DNA of 64,000 nucleotides from an uncultured Acidobacteriota bacterium (lineage in GTDB: Bacteria > Acidobacteriota > Vicinamibacteria > Vicinamibacterales > 2-12-FULL-66-21): positions 280,291 through 344,290 of the forward strand of contig CAWKBU010000031.1 of NCBI GenBank assembly GCA_963847975.1, given 5' to 3'. The notes below the pieces were generated by a model. The model saw nothing but the letters and a program-made list of their open reading frames with translations. It searched no databases and was not told the origin of the DNA. Positions 38,453 through 48,335 of the stretch are shown in pieces. Positions within the stretch are counted from its first letter, which is position 1, and every line of letters starts with the position of its first letter. A program made the position numbers and the translations under genes.

Positions 38453-39664
38453 CTACTGCCCGCTCTTCCCGGCAGCAACCGGATAGTCCTTCCACAGCCA
38501 TTCGAGCGCCTGCGGCAGCGTCTGCTGCTTCACCGCGCGATCGCAGTGCCCGGCGTTCTGCGCGAAGACGAACTGATACTTGTAGCCCTTTTCGGCCAGC
38601 ACCTTGGCCATGAGCTGATTGGCGAGCACCCAGTCGTGCATGCCGTCGCTCTCGCTGAAGTTGTCGCGGTCGCTGACGTGCATCCAGAGGCGGATCGGCT
38701 TCACCGGGCTCTTCGGAATCAGGCTGCGGTGAAACTCCCAGGCGCCACCGGGAGACTCGGGGTTGTACGGCCACTGCTGATTCACATACGTGCCCGAGTA
38801 GGTGAGCACGCGATGGTAGAGATCGGTGCGGTACCAGGCCATCGCCAGCGCCGCCGACCCTCCTGAACTGCAGCCCATCGTCGCGCGGGCGTCGGGATCC
38901 TTGGTCAGCCGCACGTTGTACTGCTTCTCGACGAGCGGCAGCACCTCGGTTTCGACAAACTGCGCGTAGAGGCCAGACATCGTGTCGTACTCGAGCCCAC
39001 GCTGGCTTCCTTGCGCATCACCGCTCCCGTTCGCGATGGAGATCGCAATCATCACGGGCACGCGCTTCTGCGCGATCAGATTGTCCAGGGCCGTAAACAG
39101 AAGCTGATCGGGTCCGTCGGCTCCGACGATGAATGGGGCAACCGTGCCGGGCACGTACTGCTGCGGGACATAGACGGCGACACGGCGCGTGTAGGGAGCG
39201 GGACCGCTGCTGACGATGCGTTTGGCGGGATCGGCCGGATCGACCGTCGAGCGGGTGCCTGGCGTGCGCGCGATCCCGGGATAGATCTTGCTCTCGGTCG
39301 ACTCCATGGTGAACGTGTGCACGACGCCGTGGGGTACGTCGTCTTTAACGGTCATCTCGGGAGCTGGAGGATGCGTCGGACCGAGGATGAAGTTTCCGTT
39401 CTTATCGACGGGCGGCACCGCGCCGTCGGGTAACTCCGTCGCGCTTGTCGCGGTGACGTATCCGGGCGTGCGGGGATCGCGAGTGGGCGTCGGTGGCCGG
39501 GGGGCTTGCGTCGCGGGCGGCGCCGCAGGCGGCGGCACACCCTGCGGGACGCCCTGACTTTCGGCGAGCGCCGCACTCGCCACCAAGACCCCGCCAACGA
39601 AGACCGCCACGCGCCATCTGGTGAGGCTCATCATGCCCGCTCCTGTTTCTGCCGGTAGAGACAC
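38453..39664 (-). CDS. Secreted esterase-family protein (putative esterase / esterase D fold)
   Basis: 403 aa with a signal peptide and a Pro-rich linker. The nucleophile region reads ATMGCSSGGSAALAMAW, with conserved text around RRVAVYVPQQY. Confidence 0.7.
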   Translation of the reverse strand: MSLPAETGAGMMSLTRWRVAVFVGGVLVASAALAESQGVPQGVPPPAAPPATQAPRPPTPTRDPRTPGYVTATSATELPDGAVPPVDKNGNFILGPTHPPAPEMTVKDDVPHGVVHTFTMESTESKIYPGIARTPGTRSTVDPADPAKRIVSSGPAPYTRRVAVYVPQQYVPGTVAPFIVGADGPDQLLFTALDNLIAQKRVPVMIAISIANGSGDAQGSQRGLEYDTMSGLYAQFVETEVLPLVEKQYNVRLTKDPDARATMGCSSGGSAALAMAWYRTDLYHRVLTYSGTYVNQQWPYNPESPGGAWEFHRSLIPKSPVKPIRLWMHVSDRDNFSESDGMHDWVLANQLMAKVLAEKGYKYQFVFAQNAGHCDRAVKQQTLPQALEWLWKDYPVAAGKSGQ

Positions 39665-39763
39665 CGTGTTATCGACTCAAGCCAGCCGAATTCTGACCGA
39701 CAACTTCACTTCCGTGCAATCCGGCTATTGTGCGCTGTCGGCTCCCGCAGTACGCTCAACTGT

Positions 39764-40864
39764 ATGTCTAATTGCAGACCCATGCCCCGGCGCTGGTATT
39801 CGTCCCTCGCGGTAACGCTCGGTGCGCTGGCGGTCACCTTCGGTGGCCCGGCGTGCCGGCAAGCGGCGGCGCCCCCGGCCGTCCGGGTATCGGCCGACAC
39901 GTGGGCTGTCGTCGATAGCCATACCATCATGCGCGCGGACGTCGACAAAGCATACCGGCGGGCGCAAGATCCGTCGCAAACGGTGTCCGAAGAGGAAATG
40001 CTGACGGCCAAGCTGAGCCTCCTCAACGACCTCATCACGCAGCAGATCCTGCTCGACAAGGCACAGGCGCTGAAGCTCGAGGTGCCCGCAACCGAGCTCG
40101 ACACCGCCTACGCCAACGCCCGGAAGAACATCACCGACGATGCCTTCAAGCAGGAGCTCACGCGCCGTGGGCTGACGCCGGAGGATATGCGGGAAGGACT
40201 CCGGCGCGAGATGCTGACGCAGAAAGTCATCGAACAGGAGGTCGGGTCGAAGGTCGCGGTCACGGATCAGGACGTCACCGGATTTTTCGAGGCCAACCGC
40301 GCCCAGTTCAACGTGGCGGAGGAGGCCTACCACCTGGCGCAGATCGTGATCACGCCGGTCCGCGAGGCACAGGTAGCCAACCAGGCGGGCGACGATGCAG
40401 CGACGCCTGAGGCTGCCGTGGCGAAGGTGCGGATGCTGATGGAGCGTCTCAAGGCCGGCGGGTCGTTTCGCGATCTCGCGGTCGGCTACTCGGAGGATCC
40501 AGAATCGGCGCCGCGCGGCGGCGACCTTGGCCTGGTGCCGGTGTCGAAGTTGAAGCAGGCCCCGCCGCAACTACGCAATGCGGTGCTCGGGAAGTCGCCA
40601 GGATCGGTGAACGTCGCCAGCGCCGGCGGTGCGTACACGCTCGTCCTGGTCGTCGCTCACGAACAGGCCGGACAACGCGACCTGTCGACGCCTGGAGTCA
40701 AGGACCAGATTACCCAGACGCTTCGCTCGCGCCGGGAGCAACTGCTGCGCGCGGCCTACCTCACGGCCGCACGCACCGACGCCACGGTGGTCAACTACCT
40801 GGCGCGCACCCTGGTCGAATCGAAGGGCGCCGTGCCGAGCCTGCTGCCGACACCGCCGAAGTAG
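39764..40864 (+). CDS. SurA-like periplasmic chaperone / parvulin-type peptidyl-prolyl isomerase
   Basis: ORF 39728..40864. It has a SurA-N-like helical region (KLSLLNDLITQQILLDKA) and a parvulin block (SEDPESAPRGGDLGLV). The start is ATG 39764 or 39782. Confidence 0.7.
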   Translation: MSNCRPMPRRWYSSLAVTLGALAVTFGGPACRQAAAPPAVRVSADTWAVVDSHTIMRADVDKAYRRAQDPSQTVSEEEMLTAKLSLLNDLITQQILLDKAQALKLEVPATELDTAYANARKNITDDAFKQELTRRGLTPEDMREGLRREMLTQKVIEQEVGSKVAVTDQDVTGFFEANRAQFNVAEEAYHLAQIVITPVREAQVANQAGDDAATPEAAVAKVRMLMERLKAGGSFRDLAVGYSEDPESAPRGGDLGLVPVSKLKQAPPQLRNAVLGKSPGSVNVASAGGAYTLVLVVAHEQAGQRDLSTPGVKDQITQTLRSRREQLLRAAYLTAARTDATVVNYLARTLVESKGAVPSLLPTPPK

Positions 40865-40865
40865 T
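40788..40865 (+). repeat. Direct repeat copy A (78 bp): the 3' end plus stop of the SurA-like gene
   Basis: TGGTCAACTACCTGGCGCGCACCCTGGTCGAATCGAAGGGCGCCGTGCCGAGCCTGCTGCCGACACCGCCGAAGTAGT. It is 77/78 identical to 46635-46712. Confidence 0.95.
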
Positions 40866-41056
40866 CACTCGGCCTATGCGTTTTCGGTGCCTGTCGATTC
40901 GCCCCATCGAGTGATTCGGCACGACGCACCGCCTTCTTGGTAGGCCCAGCACTGATCTGACAATTCTCACAATTGGTCGCAGTCCCTCACACCTCGGGCC
41001 GTCCTCCAGGCCAGGCTTAACGCGGACTCGCCGTTAGGCCGATCGAAGGTCGAGAG

Positions 41057-41401
41057 CTACGCGGCTCGCGGTTCGAGCTCGTGCTCGTCTTGCCGCAACC
41101 GGGCCTCGAGCCAGAAAGTCCCGCCGGGAACGAACGCGATCACGAACGCGAGTAGGCTGCGACGCGCGCCCAGGCGGCGCCCCGCGAAGGCGAGCGTCAC
41201 GCAATACCCGAGGAACAGAACGCCGTGGGCCATGCCCACGATTCTGACGGCAACGTCGATGCCGAGTCCGTACTTCAGTGGCATGGCCACGAACAGGAGT
41301 AGCAGGAACGAGATGCCTTCCCAGAAGGCCACGATGCGGAATCGACCGACCGGGGTGGCTGCCGAAGCAGGGACTCCCAGATTCATGTCGGACCTCTCCA
41401 A
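41057..41401 (-). CDS. DUF3817-family small membrane protein
   Basis: 114 aa: FRIVAFWEGISFLLLLFVAMPLKY…VGMAHGVLFLGY. Confidence 0.65.
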   Translation of the reverse strand: MERSDMNLGVPASAATPVGRFRIVAFWEGISFLLLLFVAMPLKYGLGIDVAVRIVGMAHGVLFLGYCVTLAFAGRRLGARRSLLAFVIAFVPGGTFWLEARLRQDEHELEPRAA

Positions 41402-41432
41402 TCTCGACCTGTTGGTCTGCTATCCGTCAGCA

Positions 41433-44301
41433 TCACTTCCTGGCTCCGGCACCCGGCGGCAGGAAATTCTCGAGCACCCAGGTTTCCGTCTGGTATGACT
41501 TGCCGACGACGTACGCCAACTGCTTGCCATCCGGGCTCAACCGAATCTTTCCCAGCTGGCCATCGACGGCGGCGCTCAGGTCGACGTCGAGTTTCCTCGG
41601 TGCGCTCGCCGTTCAGAGGTATCAGCCACAGCTCCCCGCCGCGAGTGGGCGCGGCTGCGCGGCGTGGCGAACTTGCGGACGATGACGGCGTCGCTGGTCG
41701 GCGTCCAGGGCATCGGTATGACATCGAATTCGCCGTCTGACAGCCGGAATATCTCGCGAGATTCGCCGCCATCGACGGCGCGGATCACGACGGACTGGAG
41801 CAAGTCCGCCGGACGCTCGTAGGAAGCGATCCATCGTCCATCAGGGGACACGCTGATGGGTCCCAGATTGCGCCAGGCGCGTCTGGCGCCGGGCTGATCG
41901 TTCGCTGCCTGCCGAGCGTCGTGTCCCATTCGTGAATGGCCCCGTCATTCGGACTGAAAGTAGAGCCGTTTCCCATCAGGCGACCAGAACGGGCCTTGAA
42001 ACGTGAGCGGGATTGGATAGGCGATCGGCGAAACGTCGCCGGTGTTGACATCGACGCGAAAGAGGCCGCAACGCCCCTTCAAGTCGACGGCGGTGAACGC
42101 CAGCGATCGACCGTCAGGCGCCCAGCTCAGTCCCTGGGCCCAGGCCAGCTTCAATGGCGGCAGCTCCCGAAGTTCTCGGTCGTGACGACCGAGTAGATCG
42201 CGATGGTTCCCGCGAGATCGTCTCCAGCGCGCCTGGATACGTAGGCGAGCTGCTGTGCCATCGGGCGACCATGCCGGCTCGAGGTTCGTGCCGGGAACCG
42301 ACTGGGGCGGTCGAGCCGGCGCGCCGACGCGCCTGCCCGAGCTCAAATCGATGCGAGACGAGCTCGATGTCGACTTCGTTCGCTGGCGTCCTGAAATACA
42401 GCGAGCCGGCCTTCGTCATGCCGACGGATCGGACGTTGCCGATACCAGCTTTCAACCGCTCCGGGATGCCAGGCGGCCCACCGGCTCGACACTGGCGCTG
42501 CCCAGAGATCCGTCGTGCCGCTCCTGTTGCTCGCGAACAAGAGATGGCTGCCATCCGGCGACCATCCCATCAACACGTCATTCGCCGCGCTGACGACGGC
42601 TGGAATGCGTTCGCCGCCATCAAGGGCCATCACGAAGATGTCTCGCTGCGACTCCGTGTCGCTTGCAGGGACGTCGAACGCGAAGGCTCGTCCGTCCGGT
42701 GAGAAAAAGGCCGTCGAACCGCGCCAGTCGATGGGTGTCAGGACGCGAAAGGATCCATCCTGCACGGCGACGAGGCCGATCTCGCCAGTTCCGTCGGCAC
42801 GCGACCTCTCAACGAGGATCCGATTGTCCATCGGGCGACCAATCCGCCGGCCGCAGCCGAACGTCGGGATCTGGATGACGCAGACAGCGGGCGCGATGCC
42901 CCGGTGCTTCCGGAGTTCAGCGGCCTGACTCGCAGCTCGCACTGCTGGAACGCGGCGCACCACTCGTAGGCAACCTGTGTCCCGTCCCGCGAAATTGCCG
43001 CGGACCGAGTCCCAGCCCGCCGGTTTCGCTCTGCCGGGTGCCACCGCCGCTGCGCGCCTGAAGCCAGGTCCTGGACGAAGGCACCGCCGACGAGGTAGCG
43101 GCCATCCTCCGAGACACTCGTGGAGCCCCGATTCAGGATCCTCCGCAGCGACAGAATATCGGCAGACGTGGACGCCGGGCCGGCAGGCGGCGCCAGCGTG
43201 ACTTCGGCCGTATCGCCAGAGCGCGAACGACACCGCCACGACGGTCAGCACGACCGCGGCCGTCGTCAGCGCGCGCCGCGCCGTCCATGCGCGCCCGCTG
43301 GCGCCCTGCAGCGCCTGGGCGACGGCGGCGACGTCCTGAAATCGGTCGGCTGGATTGGGCGCCAGGCATCGATCGACGATCCGCGACAGGCGCGCAGGGA
43401 CGTCCGGCCGCAGTTCTCGCACGGCGGCGGCGCTCGCCGGCGGCGTGGGCCTGGCGCAAGTCGTCGATCGTGCGGCCGACGAGCGGGAACGATCCGGTGA
43501 GCAGATGGAACAGCACCACGCCGAGGCTGTAGATGTCGCTCTGCGGCGATGCCGGATGCTTCGCGAGCACTTCCGGCGCCAGATAGAGCGGCGTGCCGGC
43601 GAGGTCGCCGGCCGTGGCCGCACCGAGTTCCGACGCGTCGCTCCCGGCGCCGAAATCCGCGAGCACGATGCGACCATCGGCGGCGCGCATGACGTTCTGC
43701 CGCCTTCACATCGTGGTGCACGACGCCGGCGCGATGCACGGCGTCGAGCGCGGCGCACAAGTCCAGACCGATGCTCGCGACAGTCTGACGGATCGAACGG
43801 GCCTTTCGGCACGAGCTCGTCCTCGAGCGTCGGGCCGTCGATGAGGCTCATCCACACGCCGACCTGGCCGCCGATCCGCTCGGCGCCGTAGACCGTCACG
43901 ACATTCGGATGGCTGACGCGAGCCAGCAGGCGCGCTTCCGCGATGACGGCGGTGGCTTCGGCGGGCTGCTGGCGCCGCAGGATCTTCAGCGCGACCGTCC
44001 GATCGAGCCGAGGGTCGTGTGCCCGATAGACGTCGCCGAAGGTGCCTCGACCGATGTGTTCGAGGACGGTCAAGGGGCCCCATTCGGCCGGCAGGACATC
44101 AAGCGACGGGCTCGCGACACGCTCGGTCGCGTCAGTGGGTGGCGCCGCTGTGAACGCGCGCCACCTGCTCGAGAACCCGCAGCTCGTCGACGAGCGCCGG
44201 GTCCGTCGATGCAGGCGAGCTTCCGCCCGAGCGCGGTCCCAATCGACGGCCGCGCGATCGGCAATCGCTCGCGCGACGTCAGCGCGCCAGTCGTCGCTCA
44301 T
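41433..44301 (-). pseudogene. Ser/Thr protein kinase - TM - TolB-like (PD40/WD40-like) beta-propeller sensor, heavily frame-disrupted
   Basis: Kinase text is spread over three frames (LEHIGRGTFGDVYRAHD…ALKIL; VHRAGVVHHDVKA; IVLADFGAGS…GTPLYLAPEV…SDIYSLGVVLFHLLTG). A TM segment (ALTTAAVVLTVVAVSFALW) follows. PD40-like repeats (FSPDGRAFAF, WSPDGSHLLF, WAPDGRSLAF, WSPDGKRLYF, VSPDGRWIAS, LSPDGKQLAY) lie in at least 5 more ORF fragments down to the TGA at 41433. Confidence 0.7.
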
Positions 44302-44893
44302 TCTTCATCGCCTCCGCGAGCCGGACCAGCGCGCGCGAGACGGCCATGCGCGCGGCGTTGGCCGTGGGTCGTCCTGTCGCCTCGGCCACGTCCGCGTAGC
44401 TGAGATCCAGCTCCAGCCGCGCCACGACGAGCTCGCGATCGTCCTCGGACAGCCGTGCGAGCGCGGCATCGTAGCGTTCGATCGCTTCCGCGCCGATCGC
44501 CGCCTCGAGCGGCGACTGGTTCGAATCAGCCAGCTCCGGATCCAGTTCCGTGGCGGCCGGCCGGCGGCCCGCGCGCTTCAGCTCGTTCCGGATGCGGTTG
44601 AGGATCGACTGGCGCAGATACGCCTGCAGCGCGCCATGGCCGCGATGTTCGAATCCGTCGACATGTTTGAACGTCTCGAGCAGCGTGTCCTGCACGAGAT
44701 CCTGCGTGTCGGCGAGATCCCGCGCCCACGCCGGCAGGCGCCCGCGCGCCCAGCGACGGAGGCTGGGCAGGTATCGCGCGAACAGCTCGTCGAGGGCGGA
44801 CCTGTCGCCTTCGCGCGCCCTGGTGAGCAGGGTCAGCGTCGAGGGCCAGGCCGGTTGCGGTGCAGCCACGTGAGCCGATTCTACCGCCGGCAT
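44279..44893 (-). CDS. ECF-type sigma-70 family RNA polymerase sigma factor
   Basis: Intact 204 aa. Region 2 reads DLVQDTLLETFKHVDGFE…GALQAYLRQSILNRIRNELKR. Region 4 reads LSEDDRELVVARLELDLSYADVAEATGRPTANAARMAVSRALVRL. Its 3' end overlaps the kinase start by 23 nt. Confidence 0.85.
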   Translation of the reverse strand: MPAVESAHVAAPQPAWPSTLTLLTRAREGDRSALDELFARYLPSLRRWARGRLPAWARDLADTQDLVQDTLLETFKHVDGFEHRGHGALQAYLRQSILNRIRNELKRAGRRPAATELDPELADSNQSPLEAAIGAEAIERYDAALARLSEDDRELVVARLELDLSYADVAEATGRPTANAARMAVSRALVRLAEAMKNERRLAR

Positions 44894-44928
44894 GTGCGGT
44901 TTCGGTCCGGCGGTTGTTTCACTCGTTC

Positions 44929-46626
44929 ATGAAGCTCGTGCCCCGTCTGGCGTTCCTGCTGCCGATCTGGCTACTCGTGCACGCCCAGGCCATGCAGCCT
45001 CACCGGTCAGGCGCCGGTCACCGCTCTCCTTCGGGGTCCCGATCGAGCGGGCCGTGCGTTCGGGTGAGGTTCACGAATACGGATTCACGGTCGGTGCCGG
45101 TGATTTGATTTCCGGCACACTCACCTTGCCCGGATTGGCTGCGCTTGTCGAAGTCGTCGGCAACACCGGCCAGATCATTCGGACGACCTATCGTTTCGAA
45201 GACGACGAGCGATCCGCAGCGTCTGGGATTCGTCGCACCTGCGGCTGGCGTCTATCGTCTGCGGATCAAGGCGTTCGATCGCTTTGACGGTGGTGGCCAA
45301 ATCACTCCGGGGGAACCCGTGCCGGTCACCGGAACGGCGGCCGGCCGCTACACACTCCGGCTGGAAACGGCGTCGGTCTCGGCTCGCATGCAGGGCCCGG
45401 AGCCGCCCGTTCGAGAGGACTATTCGAGCCCGCGTTTGAAGCGACTGGCCGAGGACGTCAAAGCAGGGCGCGCCGATGCGGTGCAGGCGTTCTGGCACGA
45501 GGTCGCCGGCAAAGGGCCCCTGGTGGAGGACATCGCCGGCAACGATCGCGATGCTGACGTGACGTTTCTCTGGCGTGAAACCTACGACACTCGAAACGTC
45601 CGGTTGATGGGGGCCCCATATGGAGACTACATGTCGCACTTGTCCGGGACGGATGTCTGGTACAAGACTGTGCGGCTGCGCCGGGGGACGCGTTTGTCAT
45701 ACGGCATCTCACCGAACGATCGACCGGCGACCCGGTGGGCGACGGCACAACTCGATCCGCTGAACCCGCGCAAGTTTCCTGACGATCCGACCTATCGATT
45801 TATCAGCCAATCGGTGCTTGACATGCCCGGTGCTCCCGACGAGCAGTGGGCGATGCGGACGCCGGTTCGACGCGGTCACATCGAGGAGCGGACGGTCAAA
45901 TCGGCGCTGCTCAAGAATCCGGTGTTCAGGACGACCGGCCGATCTGGATCTACACGCCGCCGGGCTACGACCCAACTGCGGGTCCGTATCCGTTGCTCGT
46001 GCTCCTGGACGGAGCCGCGTATGTCAGCAATCGGTTTCGGCAACGCGCCGGCGACGCTCGACAACCTCATCAACGATGGGCGGATCCGGCCCGCCATCGT
46101 TCTCTTCGATCCCGGCAATCGCCCCGGAGGACCTGCGGGCCACGCCGGCTACGGCGAAGCGCTCGTCCGGGAGCTCATGCCGATGCTGCGCGCGTCCTAT
46201 CCCATCAGCACGAACCCGGCCGACACGGTGATTGGGGGCTACAGCGCCGGAGGAACCGCCGCTGCCCAGATTGCGCTGTTACATTCGGACGTGTTCGGCA
46301 ACGTGCTGTCACAGTCCGGCGCGTTTCGCGGCCGGGACCCGGGCGACGAGGAACCGAACGCCACGGCGCGGAAGTACCTCGCAGCGCCGCGCCAGCCGAT
46401 CCGTTTCTATCTCGAAACCGGACTCTACGACAACGTGCCTGGTGCCGACCTCCCGCTGTACAAAATGGTGCTCGACGAAACCAACCTGATGGGCAACCGC
46501 CATCTCCGCGACGTCCTTCGCGCGAAGGGTTACGACGTCACCTATCGCGAGGTCGGCGGCAACCATGACTATGTCCACTGGCGTGCGATGCTCGCCGACG
46601 GGCTGATGACGCTGCTGAAGCGATGA
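44929..46626 (+). pseudogene. Secreted enterochelin-esterase-like hydrolase with an N-terminal beta-sandwich domain, frame-disrupted
   Basis: The signal MKLVPRLAFLLPIWLLVHAQA lies in the 44860 frame. The text continues in the 44892 frame (FGVPIERAVRSGEVHEYGFTV…) and then the 45145 frame. A short excursion into the 45846 frame reads PIWIYTPPGYDPTAGPYPLLVLLDGAAYVS. The GGYSAGG nucleophile is present. There are about 4 switches. Confidence 0.6.
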
Positions 46627-46634
46627 GTCAGCGC

Positions 46635-46712
46635 TGGTCAACTACCTGGCGCGCAACCTGGTCGAATCGAAGGGCGCCGTGCCGAGCCTGCTGCCGACAC
46701 CGCCGAAGTAGT
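46635..46712 (+). repeat. Direct repeat copy B (78 bp), non-coding duplicate of the SurA-like 3' end
   Basis: It differs from copy A only at one base (GCGCAACC versus GCGCACCC). It starts 9 nt after the stop of the esterase pseudogene. Confidence 0.95.
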
Positions 46713-46736
46713 AGCGGCGAACGCGTCCGTCGTACG

Positions 46737-47735
46737 TCAGCGGACTTTCACACGCGCCAGGTAGATCGCGGTCTTGCCCTCGTGCGAGGCGTAATAACTC
46801 ATCCAGAGCAGACCGTCGTGCCACACCATCCCGGGATAGCTGGTATCGCCGCCTGATGGCAGCGTGAGCGCGGGCTCGTAGCGGCCGTCGAGAGTCAGTC
46901 GTCCGACGGCCGTCTTCGGACCGTCGGAAGAGCTGCGCCCGGACGCCCACAGCTCACCGTCAGGCAGTCGGATGAAATTCGGACCGCCGATCGGCTGCTG
47001 CGTCTCGCGCCACGTCCAGGTCGTGTAGGGTGCACGGCTGCGCCCCATCCAGGCGAAGCGATTGCCGGCCTCGCGCCGCACCAGTGCCAACATCTCCCCG
47101 TCCGGCATGACCCGCAGCGTCGTCTCGTTCGGCCGGCCGGGGACCGCGAAGGTCGTCACCTCATCGAACGCCCGTCCGTCTTTCGACGACATCAGCGTCG
47201 CCGTCCATTCGGCCGCGTCGCCTGCTGCCGCCTTGTATGTCACACCGTACGCCCGGCCTTCGTGCCAGGTGACCCGCCACAGCCAGTCGCCTTCGGCAAG
47301 AATGCGCTGCGGGCCACTCCAGGTGCTGCCGTCCGATGAGAACATCACCCGCGGCTGTCGGCCCACGTAGCGCTTGCCTTCGTAGACCGAACCGCCAGCC
47401 ACCATCATCAAGCCGCCGTCCGGTGTAATCGAGAGCTTGGGATCGCGCAGGTCGATGCCGGCCTCAGCGACGAGCGCGGTCGACGTCCAGGTCTCGCCAT
47501 CGGCAGAGCTCAGCACGCGGATGCGGCCATTGCCACCGACATGGTCGTCGCCCTCCCGGAACGTGCAATACCACCGGTTGCGCCAGCGGATCAGGTCGGT
47601 GAAAGCATTGTGGGCCCCGCCGTCCCAGATACGCGTCACGCTGACGAGCGTTGGCGCCGGTTGTGCGGCGTTCGCAGCCGCGAGGAGTATCAGCATCACG
47701 CTTAGCATCCGCATACTGTTCAGGCCGTCAGTCAC
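46737..47735 (-). CDS. Secreted sialidase-superfamily (BNR/Asp-box) beta-propeller protein
   Basis: 332 aa with a signal peptide (MRMLSVMLILLAAANA) and Asp-boxes SSADGETWTS, SSDGSTWSG and SSKDGRAFDE. Confidence 0.7.
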   Translation of the reverse strand: MTDGLNSMRMLSVMLILLAAANAAQPAPTLVSVTRIWDGGAHNAFTDLIRWRNRWYCTFREGDDHVGGNGRIRVLSSADGETWTSTALVAEAGIDLRDPKLSITPDGGLMMVAGGSVYEGKRYVGRQPRVMFSSDGSTWSGPQRILAEGDWLWRVTWHEGRAYGVTYKAAAGDAAEWTATLMSSKDGRAFDEVTTFAVPGRPNETTLRVMPDGEMLALVRREAGNRFAWMGRSRAPYTTWTWRETQQPIGGPNFIRLPDGELWASGRSSSDGPKTAVGRLTLDGRYEPALTLPSGGDTSYPGMVWHDGLLWMSYYASHEGKTAIYLARVKVR

Positions 47736-47841
47736 CTTGGCTATCGATCAGCTTTCAGCGTACTCGAAAGGCCAGCGGCCGGCACAGGTTGCGCTTAGCG
47801 GGCGCAGGATTTGCAACCGAACACGAAAGAGGACAACAAAG

Positions 47842-48318
47842 ATGACGCCAAAGAACACCATCTGCCTGTGGTTCGACAAAGATGCCCACGAGGCGGCGCG
47901 CTTCTACGCCGCCACCTTTCCGGATAGCAAAGTGACCGCTGTTCACGAGGCGCCCAGTGACTACCCAAGCGGTAAGAAGGGCGATGTGCTGACGGTAGAG
48001 TTCACCGTCCTGGGCACTCCCTGTCTCGGCCTCAACGGCGGCCCGACCTTCAAGCACAGCGAGGCCTTCTCCTTCCAGATCGCGACCGACGATCAGGAAG
48101 AGACGGACCGCTACTGGAACGCGATCGTCGGCAATGGCGGTAAGGAAAGCGAGTGCGGTTGGTGCAAGGACCGCTGGGGCCTCTCCTGGCAGATCACCCC
48201 GCGCACGCTAACCGAGGCGCTTGCGGCTGGTGGCGGTGAGGCAAAGCGTGCCTTCGAGGCGATGATGCAGATGAAGAAGATCGACGTCGCCACCATCGAG
48301 GCGGCCCGGCGGGGCTGA
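47842..48318 (+). CDS. VOC-superfamily protein (PhnB / 3-demethylubiquinone methyltransferase-like domain)
   Basis: ATG 47842 inside ORF 47437..48318: ICLWFDKDAHEAARFYAATFPDS…CGWCKDRWGLSWQI. Confidence 0.8.
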   Translation: MTPKNTICLWFDKDAHEAARFYAATFPDSKVTAVHEAPSDYPSGKKGDVLTVEFTVLGTPCLGLNGGPTFKHSEAFSFQIATDDQEETDRYWNAIVGNGGKESECGWCKDRWGLSWQITPRTLTEALAAGGGEAKRAFEAMMQMKKIDVATIEAARRG

Positions 48319-48335
48319 ACAGGCCGGGCGACGGG

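Noticed and set aside
44894-45010. ECF-type promoter (GGAAC…/GAAAC… -35-like words) upstream of the sigma gene
   Set aside because: The candidate -35/-10 pairs have poor -10 matches and lie inside the divergent esterase gene. This is too speculative without a known consensus for the ECF group.
40866-46634. Calling the repeat-bracketed block a mobile element or prophage
   Set aside because: No integrase, transposase, excisionase, tRNA or phage gene is present. Only the direct-repeat signature supports past mobility, so it is reported as a finding rather than annotated as a mobile_element.
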